Assembly: GCA_022710185.1 (NCBI GenBank)
Contig: JAKLHK010000012.1
Location: 19,245 to 83,244, forward strand
From: Bacteroidota bacterium
GTDB lineage: Bacteria > Bacteroidota > Bacteroidia > Bacteroidales > JAGNHN01
Length of the DNA: 64,000 nucleotides
Direction of reading: 5' to 3'
The notes beneath the pieces are model-generated. The model was not told where the DNA came from and ran no database searches. It saw only the letters and a program-made list of their open reading frames with translations. Made by a program: the position numbers and the translations under genes. Positions 10,196-16,748 of this stretch are shown here, piece by piece (position 1 is the stretch's first letter; each line of letters starts with the position of its first letter).

Positions 10196-10216
10196 AAAGA
10201 GGCCTTTCTTTTCTTA
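10194..10216 (+). terminator. Weak AT-rich hairpin plus T-tract after peptide 1
   Basis: AGAAAG(10194-10199)/CTTTCT(10204-10209) with loop AGGC, then TTTCTT. A second 6-bp hairpin GTTCCC/GGGAAC lies at 10229-10244. Confidence 0.3.
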
Positions 10217-10283
10217 CTTAACGACATAGTTCCCTAACGGGAACAAAATCAGTTGATTCAGAAATCTTAAAACAACAATAGTC

Positions 10284-10418
10284 ATGGAAAATTCCAACAT
10301 CTTTAGTAATGTTACTGTTTTGTCATTCGAAGAAATGATCTCAATTAAAGGTGGAAATGCTGGTCCTGGCGAAAAAGCTGGAGACAGTACATCAATTGAC
10401 CAGCCTGATCTGACCTAG
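10284..10418 (+). CDS. Double-glycine-leader peptide precursor 2 (44 aa, one GP..PDLT module ending at the stop codon)
   Basis: Not in the ORF track (under 60 aa). Manual translation gives MENSNIFSNVTVLSFEEMISIKGG | NAGPGEKAGDSTSIDQPDLT*. LSxEEMxxIKGG is a textbook bacteriocin-type GG leader. Confidence 0.6.
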   Translation: MENSNIFSNVTVLSFEEMISIKGGNAGPGEKAGDSTSIDQPDLT

Positions 10419-10447
10419 TCGGATAGTCTTCGTCCGCACTTTCTTTT

Positions 10448-10455
10448 TAGCTTTG
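10448..10455 (+). promoter_or_regulatory. Bacteroidota-type -7 promoter motif TAgcTTTG upstream of the alpha-oxoamine synthase gene
   Basis: Exact match to the TAnnTTTG consensus, 30 nt before the first possible start codon. Confidence 0.4.
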
Positions 10456-10485
10456 CACCCAATTCACTGAGGTGTTAAGCTAAAC

Positions 10486-11751
10486 TTGTGTATCGTGGAC
10501 ATTTTCAACAAGGTCGTTAACAATATGGGTCCGCTCGGACGGCACTCCGTCATGGCCCATGGGTATTTCACCTTCCCCAAGCTCGAGGGGGAGATCAGCA
10601 ACCGCATGATGTTCCGGGGTAAGGAACGCCTGGTGTGGAGCCTCAACAACTACGCCGGGTTGGGCAACCACCCGGAGGTGCGTAAGGCCGATGCCGATGC
10701 AGCAGCCGAATGGGGCCTCGCCTACCCCATGGGCGCCCGCATGATGTCTGGTCAGACAAAATACCACGAACAACTGGAGCGTGAACTGGCCGCCTTCGAA
10801 AGCAAAGAGGACGCCTTCCTGCTCAACTACGGGTACCAGGGCATGGTATCCATCATCGATGCCATGGTGGATCGCAAGGACGTGATCGTTTACGACTCTG
10901 AAGCCCATGCCTGCATCATCGACGGGGTGCGGCTGCACATGGGCAAGCGCTACGTCTATCCACACAATAATATACAGAACTTCGAGAAAGAACTGCAACG
11001 CGCCCAGCGGCTTACCGAAGAGACGGGCGGGGGCATCCTGGTAATCACCGAAGGGGTTTACGGCATGTCGGGCGACCTGGGCAAGCTGCGGGAGATCGTG
11101 GCCCTGAAAAAGAAATACGCCTTCCGCCTTTTGGTCGACGACGCCCACGGCTTCGGCATTATGGGAGCCACCGGGGCCGGTACCGGGGAACACCTGGGGG
11201 TGCAGGATGAGATCGACCTCTACTTCGGCACGTTCGCCAAAGCCATGGCTGGCATCGGTGCCTTCGTGGCCGGCCCTGCCGACGTAATGCAGTACCTCAG
11301 GTACAATATGCGCTCCCAGACCTTCGCCAAGTCGCTCCCCATGCCCATGGTCATCGGCTCCCTGAAACGACTGGAAATGCTGCGCACCATGCCAGAGCTG
11401 CGGCAACAGTGCTGGACCATCGTAGACGCCCTGCAAAATGGCCTCAAGGCCGCCGGTTTCGACCTGGGCAATACCGAATCCCCGGTAACCCCGGTGATGC
11501 TCAAGGGTGGACTGGGTGAAGCCACCCACCTGACCTTCGATCTCCGGGAGAAGTTCAACATCTTCTGCTCCATCGTCACCTATCCGGTGGTACCCAAGGA
11601 CGTCATCCTCATCCGTCTCATCCCCACCGCCATGCACACACTGGAGGACGTGGATTATACCATCAAGGCCTTTGTGGATGTCAAGGGTAAACTGGACTCC
11701 GGGGAATATGCCCGGCGCGAGATGATGGATGCTGCTGCCTTTATGCAGTAG
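10486..11751 (+). CDS. PLP-dependent alpha-oxoamine synthase family acyltransferase (BioF/KBL/serine-palmitoyltransferase-like)
   Basis: 421 aa (TTG start, or ATG at 10525). Family motifs ..NNYAGLGNHPEV.., ..DDAHGFG.., ..GTFAKAMAGIGAF.. (PLP Lys context). No bio or tdh genes are adjacent, so substrate specificity is unresolved. Confidence 0.85.
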   Translation: MCIVDIFNKVVNNMGPLGRHSVMAHGYFTFPKLEGEISNRMMFRGKERLVWSLNNYAGLGNHPEVRKADADAAAEWGLAYPMGARMMSGQTKYHEQLERELAAFESKEDAFLLNYGYQGMVSIIDAMVDRKDVIVYDSEAHACIIDGVRLHMGKRYVYPHNNIQNFEKELQRAQRLTEETGGGILVITEGVYGMSGDLGKLREIVALKKKYAFRLLVDDAHGFGIMGATGAGTGEHLGVQDEIDLYFGTFAKAMAGIGAFVAGPADVMQYLRYNMRSQTFAKSLPMPMVIGSLKRLEMLRTMPELRQQCWTIVDALQNGLKAAGFDLGNTESPVTPVMLKGGLGEATHLTFDLREKFNIFCSIVTYPVVPKDVILIRLIPTAMHTLEDVDYTIKAFVDVKGKLDSGEYARREMMDAAAFMQ

Positions 11752-11815
11752 ACGCGCAACTTCATCGCGCTCCCGGCCCTGATACCATGGGCCCCGCAAC
11801 CGGCCCATCAACTTT

Positions 11816-11849
11816 GCATCCCCGCAGCCATCGCCGGCTACGGGGATGC
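11816..11849. terminator. Hairpin between convergent genes (no clear U-run)
   Basis: 9-bp stem GCATCCCCG/CGGGGATGC with a 16-nt loop. Confidence 0.25.
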
Positions 11850-11854
11850 CCTGT

Positions 11855-13360
11855 TCAGGGGGAAAGGCATTTAACGATCAACTTCTGCCCCCCGGCCGTA
11901 AGGATATGGGCAAGGTATAACCCGCCCGGCAGCGCAGCCGGCAAAGAGAAGCTGTTCCCCATGCCCGAGCGCAGCACCAGGAGGCCCGCGCTGTTGTATA
12001 TCTCGATCCGTGCCTGACCCTGAGATGAAGCATGCTCCTCGAGACCGATCTGCCGGGCCAGCGGGTCGAACCATGCCCGGACCACGGGCCCTGAAGGCCC
12101 GGTAACTCCATTGGACGTTGGCATCAGCTTGACATCCAATACAGTGGCCTGATCGTTGATAAGCCCAAGCCCGGCAATGGTGCGGCTGTGATAACCGGTA
12201 GCGCTGAATGTCAGGGTGTAGGTCCCGGCATGAAGATAGCGGTAGTAGTCCCCCAGCGGCAGCCTCGACCAGACATGGGAGCTGTCCGCATCATGGCCCT
12301 GGATGAAAACCCGGGCGTGGAGCGGCTGCCCGCTCAGGGAATCGCTCACGATACCCCTGAGCCCATAACGGGCCTGGTCCATATACCCGAGCAGCGAACG
12401 GAAGTTGGCATTCCAGAAAGTCGGAAGCTGAGTGGCCGCAGGGAATTTGGTGTTCGAGATCTCCAGGGTGAACTCCCGGCACTGATGAAAATAGTTCATG
12501 TAGTCCTGCCTCCCCCCACTGATGCTGTACCAGTCGTAGCCATTGGTGACCCCTGTCCCGAAGTCGTTGAAATATCCGGCAGGGCCATAGGCCTGGGCTG
12601 AATCGGCATACCTATGGCAGACATATTCCCACCAGAGATAGTCTGCCGGCAACTGTGACCAGGTGTCCCAGGGATAGTTGCATACTTCGGCCCCCCCGTG
12701 GATGTTGGCGCTCATGTTGAACTTCTTTGTAGTGGCCAGGGCCATGAAAGCCTGGGTCTCAGGCTGCCATGCATTGCCGTCAGGGTGGGGTCCATCCTGG
12801 GGATCTGGGAAATTGCGGTTGATGTCTACACTGTTGGCGTTGTACCTCCAGGCCCCATTCAGGGTATTGTTGCCATTCCGGAAGGTCCCATCAGGATTCG
12901 CCAGGGGATTGATCCATATCTCCAGGCCGTCCACGAGGGCAGTAGCCATGGGATCTATCCCGTATTTCCCAAGCAGGTGTTCGGCCAGGCGCAGCAGAAG
13001 CACGTAGCCCACAAGCTCATCGCCATGCATGCTGCTGGTGTAGAGGAAACGGGGTTCGGCTTCCAGGCTGTCCACATGGTCGCTGATGACCAGGGCGAGC
13101 AGTCGCCGCCCGCTGCTCAGGGTATCCAGGGCCTCCAGCCGGCAAAGCCCGGGATGCAGTGCGGCGAACTGGGCCATCAGGGTTTCATAGGATGGGTAAT
13201 TGGGATAGAAATCCCAGATAGTGTCAGGAAGGCTTGCAAGGCTATCTCCCCCACTACGGGCCTTTAACGGAGGGGAAGCGATGAGGAGGAGCAACATCAA
13301 CAGGGGAACAAGCGGAACATTCCTGCACATTATAATATATTGTCTATGGCAAAGGGTCAT
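11855..13360 (-). CDS. M14 family zinc carboxypeptidase with T9SS C-terminal sorting domain
   Basis: 501 aa with a signal peptide and M14 motifs SSMHGDELVGY and NIHGGAEV. The C-terminus ARIEIYNSAGLLV..LPGGLYLAHILTAGGQKLIVKCL fits the Por/T9SS CTD pattern. Confidence 0.85.
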   Translation of the reverse strand: MTLCHRQYIIMCRNVPLVPLLMLLLLIASPPLKARSGGDSLASLPDTIWDFYPNYPSYETLMAQFAALHPGLCRLEALDTLSSGRRLLALVISDHVDSLEAEPRFLYTSSMHGDELVGYVLLLRLAEHLLGKYGIDPMATALVDGLEIWINPLANPDGTFRNGNNTLNGAWRYNANSVDINRNFPDPQDGPHPDGNAWQPETQAFMALATTKKFNMSANIHGGAEVCNYPWDTWSQLPADYLWWEYVCHRYADSAQAYGPAGYFNDFGTGVTNGYDWYSISGGRQDYMNYFHQCREFTLEISNTKFPAATQLPTFWNANFRSLLGYMDQARYGLRGIVSDSLSGQPLHARVFIQGHDADSSHVWSRLPLGDYYRYLHAGTYTLTFSATGYHSRTIAGLGLINDQATVLDVKLMPTSNGVTGPSGPVVRAWFDPLARQIGLEEHASSQGQARIEIYNSAGLLVLRSGMGNSFSLPAALPGGLYLAHILTAGGQKLIVKCLSP

Positions 13361-15288
13361 GGGGTATGACTGGCATTGGCATCACCGGCACAGATCACCC
13401 GCAGCAAGACCTGGCTCTGGGGTTGCAGGTAAAGCAGCTGTTCCTCGCTGACCCAGTCGGGGCGGGCGAACTGGGCATCCAGGCCCACGAACCTGCGCTG
13501 GATCAGGAGGGCATCGGTACTATTCACGGAGCCGCTGAGGTTTACATCAGCGGCCAGGCGCGGTAAACCCGGAGCAAGGGTATCCAGCTGGGCGAAGTGG
13601 GTCATGGCCAGCAGGGCGTCGGCGGTATTCACCCCTCCCCAGGTCGGCAAAGGGCCGGCAACGAGGCGGTAGGTTCCCGGAGCGACCAGGCTGAGGCTGA
13701 AATAACCCAGGCTATCGGTCTGAAGGGAATCCAGCAGGACACCCAGGGTGTCCAGGAGGTATACTTTCCCTTCTCCGGCCGGACTGTACAAGGAATTATC
13801 GTAGACGACCTGACCGTTCACCGTGAATGCGTCAGGCCTCAAGGCAACATCGAGGCAATGGGCCTGTCCCTGGACCACAGAAATGCCGGTAACCGTCTTG
13901 CTTTGATAGCCTGCCGAAGAAAAGGTCAGGGCATAGGTTCCTGTGGGCAGGTAGCGGTAATAGTCGCCATGCAAGGCCCCGGAGAACACATGCGAACTGT
14001 CGGCATCGTGCCCGGTTATGAAGATCCTGACTTTCAGCGGCTGGCCTGTCAGGCTGTCGGTGACACAGCCATGCAGACCGTTCAGGCTCTGCTCCAGGTA
14101 GTTGAGAAGGCTGCGGTAATTGTAGTTCCAGAAATTGGGTAGCTGGGAAGCGGAGGGTAGCTTGGTGGCGGAGATCTCCAGGGTGAACTCCCGGCCCCGG
14201 TGGAAATAGGTCATGTAGTCCTGCCTTCCCCCATCAATGGAGTACCAGGTGGCCCCGTGGGTGACCCCGGTACCGAAATCGTCCATATATCCGCTGGGAC
14301 TATAGAACTGGGCGGTGTCGGCATATTGGTTGCAGACATACTGCCACCACAGCTCATCGGGATGGAGTTTCTGGAAGGCATACCAGGTATCCCAGGGATA
14401 ATTGCAAACCTCGGCGCCCCCATGGATGTTGCACGACATGCTAAATCGCCGGGCTGAGGCAAAGTTCATGAAGATCTGGGTCTCGGGTTGCCAGGCATTA
14501 CCGTCTGGATGGGGCCCATCCTCTGGATCAGGATAGTTGCGGTTAAGGTCCACCCAGTTGGCATTGTAGCGGGTAGCCCCGAGTACGGATTGGTTTCCCG
14601 ATCGGTAGGTACCGTCAGGATTGGCCAGGGGGTTGATCCAGATATCTATGCTATCGACCATCCGCTGGATGCGGGCATCGGTGGCGTAGTTGCTGAGAAG
14701 GTAATCGGCCAGGCGCAGCAGGAGCACATAGCCCACTATCTCATCACCATGCATGGAAGAGGTATAAAGGAAAGCCGGCTCGGCCTCTGCACTGTCCGGA
14801 TGATCCGTAATTCTGAGGGCAAGAATTTTACGACCTGAGGCCAGGGTACCCAGGTTGTGCATGCGGCAGAGGTTAGGGTATTGCAGGGCAAAGTCAGCCA
14901 TCATGCTTTCGTAGGTGGGGTATGTTGGATAGGTGTTCCACGACCAGGTGGTTTTCAGCATGCTGTCGTTGAACATGTCCACGGGATAGGATGGGCGCGA
15001 AGGCAATGGCAGCAGGGCATGGCTGATCTTGCGCTGCAGCAGTCCGAGGTACATCCGGGGGCTGAGGTAGGCATAGAGGGAATCCCCTTCGGCGCGGTCG
15101 GGTGTAAGCCAGCGTTGGAGAGAATCCATAGGCACGGCATTTCGGTGTATCCGGACATAGGCTCCGGCGCTATCCGGAGGGTAGACCTGTGCCTGGGCTG
15201 ATGCTATGATCGTAATGGCGAAGAGCAGGATACCAAGCCTCACCCCTGCAGCCGTCTGTCTGATCATCATGCCAGTTGCGCCATACAA
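13357..15288 (-). CDS. M14 family zinc carboxypeptidase paralog with C-terminal CarboxypepD_reg-like and dockerin-like repeats
   Basis: 643 aa with the same M14 motifs (SSMHGDEIVGY, NIHGGAEV). The C-terminus has paired dockerin-like segments GGVNTADALLAMTHF and DVNLSGSVNSTDALLIQRRFVG. It overlaps the downstream paralog by 4 nt (ATGA). The likely true start is at MMIRQ (about 15270). Confidence 0.85.
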   Translation of the reverse strand: MYGATGMMIRQTAAGVRLGILLFAITIIASAQAQVYPPDSAGAYVRIHRNAVPMDSLQRWLTPDRAEGDSLYAYLSPRMYLGLLQRKISHALLPLPSRPSYPVDMFNDSMLKTTWSWNTYPTYPTYESMMADFALQYPNLCRMHNLGTLASGRKILALRITDHPDSAEAEPAFLYTSSMHGDEIVGYVLLLRLADYLLSNYATDARIQRMVDSIDIWINPLANPDGTYRSGNQSVLGATRYNANWVDLNRNYPDPEDGPHPDGNAWQPETQIFMNFASARRFSMSCNIHGGAEVCNYPWDTWYAFQKLHPDELWWQYVCNQYADTAQFYSPSGYMDDFGTGVTHGATWYSIDGGRQDYMTYFHRGREFTLEISATKLPSASQLPNFWNYNYRSLLNYLEQSLNGLHGCVTDSLTGQPLKVRIFITGHDADSSHVFSGALHGDYYRYLPTGTYALTFSSAGYQSKTVTGISVVQGQAHCLDVALRPDAFTVNGQVVYDNSLYSPAGEGKVYLLDTLGVLLDSLQTDSLGYFSLSLVAPGTYRLVAGPLPTWGGVNTADALLAMTHFAQLDTLAPGLPRLAADVNLSGSVNSTDALLIQRRFVGLDAQFARPDWVSEEQLLYLQPQSQVLLRVICAGDANASHTP

Positions 15289-16145
15289 CGTACCAGTTGC
15301 TGGTACACCCCATGAGTTACCTGGACCAGGGGCAGGCGGAGGTGGTTTCCGCAGATGCCCAGCACTTCGAGGGCCGCTTTGGCGCCTGAGGGGTTGCCAT
15401 CGGCAAAGAGGAGTTCGATAAACTCCAACAGGCGGTAGTGTATGGCCCTTGCATCGGGTGTTTTTCCCTGGCGTTCCAGCCGTACCATTTCGCTGAATTG
15501 TCTGGGATAGGGGTTGGCCACGACGGAGATCACCCCATCGGCTCCCAGGGCTACCAGGGGCATGGTCAGCACGTCATCGCCGGAAAGCACCAGGAAGCCC
15601 TGGGGACGGTCACGCAGAATCTCCATGCACTGGACCATATTTCCGGAGGCCTCCTTTACCCCGATGATGCCGGGCACTTCCCTGGCCAGGCGCAGTGTGG
15701 TGCTGGCGCTGATGTTGGAGGAGGTCCTGGAAGGGACGTTATAAATGATGACCGGCAAAGGGCTGGCCTCGGCCACCGCCTTGAAATGCTGAAAGATGCC
15801 TTCCTGCTGTGGCTTATTGTAATAGGGGCTTACCGAGAGCACCGCGCTGATGCCTTTGGGATCCATGGCGTTCAGGGTCCTGACCACCTCTGAGGTGTTG
15901 TTCCCCCCTACGCCCAGTACTACCGGAAGACGGGAAGCGTTGACACCCAGGACATGTTCGGTCACTTCCCGTCGTTCTTCCGGACTGAGGGTCACACTCT
16001 CCCCAGTGGTCCCGAGTACCACCAGGAACTCCACGCCCCCTTCGGTAACATGCTGGACCAGACGGGTCAGGGAATCATAATCGATCCTGCCATCCGGATA
16101 GAATGGGGTGACCAGCGCTACACCGGTTCCGCTGAGCTGTATCAT
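15267..16145 (-). CDS. dapA: 4-hydroxy-tetrahydrodipicolinate synthase
   Basis: 292 aa: GVALVTPFYPDGRIDYDSL..LVVLGTTGESVTLS.. Confidence 0.93.
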   Translation of the reverse strand: MIQLSGTGVALVTPFYPDGRIDYDSLTRLVQHVTEGGVEFLVVLGTTGESVTLSPEERREVTEHVLGVNASRLPVVLGVGGNNTSEVVRTLNAMDPKGISAVLSVSPYYNKPQQEGIFQHFKAVAEASPLPVIIYNVPSRTSSNISASTTLRLAREVPGIIGVKEASGNMVQCMEILRDRPQGFLVLSGDDVLTMPLVALGADGVISVVANPYPRQFSEMVRLERQGKTPDARAIHYRLLEFIELLFADGNPSGAKAALEVLGICGNHLRLPLVQVTHGVYQQLVRCMAQLA

Positions 16146-16151
16146 AGTGTT

Positions 16152-16691
16152 TCAGGCTTTGGGGTTAATCTGTTCGAGGTAATGCAGCATCTGGCTGAAC
16201 ACGATCCCGGGATCAGTGGCGCCTTCCATCCGTATCATCATGTCCGAGAGGGCCTCCCTCTTCCCGGAATGAAGGCTCAGCTTAAGTCCCGCTTTTGCCC
16301 CGGAAAGCACCCATAAAAGAGGGATATGCTCTTCAGTGCTCAGATCGAACAAGATATCATAATTATGTTCAAGAAAAGCTTCAACGGCACCAGCCTTGGG
16401 ATGCAGGCGCCGGTCGGTCTCGTCCATCGAGAAAGACTGGTCATCCCTGAGCTCATCCTTGGGAGGTTTATACGGTTTGTATCCCAGGAATTTCACCTTG
16501 CGGCCCTTGAGCGGTGGCAGGGATGCCAGGCGGGTCACGTTTTCTTTGCCATCCGGGCCATAGCAGAAGATAATGCCGAGGGTTTTAGCCTCATCGAGGT
16601 GCAGCATACGGGCCTTTCCCTTGCGGGGCCCCGCCTCCCTGGTCAGGGCCCTGAGGGCCATCCTTTCCTTTATCTCTTGCAGTATTCTCAC
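16152..16691 (-). CDS. Conserved hypothetical protein upstream of dapA
   Basis: 179-aa ORF, 6 nt from dapA, with no shadow-ORF explanation. I do not confidently recognise the family. Confidence 0.6.
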   Translation of the reverse strand: MRILQEIKERMALRALTREAGPRKGKARMLHLDEAKTLGIIFCYGPDGKENVTRLASLPPLKGRKVKFLGYKPYKPPKDELRDDQSFSMDETDRRLHPKAGAVEAFLEHNYDILFDLSTEEHIPLLWVLSGAKAGLKLSLHSGKREALSDMMIRMEGATDPGIVFSQMLHYLEQINPKA

Positions 16692-16748
16692 TTGGCTTGG
16701 CTGAATTGACTAAATTGGCCTGCTTTTAACAAAATTAGGAATAATCCG

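Larger units (their letters stand above)
8335..10440. other. Low-GC compositional island (about 28-40% GC against 55-62% flanks) covering the 5' half of the TPR-CHAT gene and the two peptide genes
   Basis: Hand counts of 60-nt lines: 8221-8280 55%, 8281-8340 48%, 8341-8400 28%, 8401-8460 38%, 9961-10020 33%, 10501-10560 50%, 12001-12060 62%. Confidence 0.8.

Noticed and set aside
10002-10229. 75-aa ORF in an alternative frame over peptide 1
   Set aside because: It has no leader or motif. The frame carrying the GG leader and repeated PDLT modules (conserved with synonymous changes) explains the region better.
8335-10440. Low-GC segment as a classical mobile element or genomic island
   Set aside because: No integrase, transposase, tRNA target, inverted repeats or clear flanking direct repeats are present. 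One boundary lies inside an intact ORF. I report it instead as a compositional cassette, with assembly chimera as the alternative explanation.
10480-11811. 443-aa minus-strand ORF opposite the alpha-oxoamine synthase gene
   Set aside because: It is a shadow ORF. The plus-strand frame carries clear PLP-enzyme motifs and the minus frame has none.
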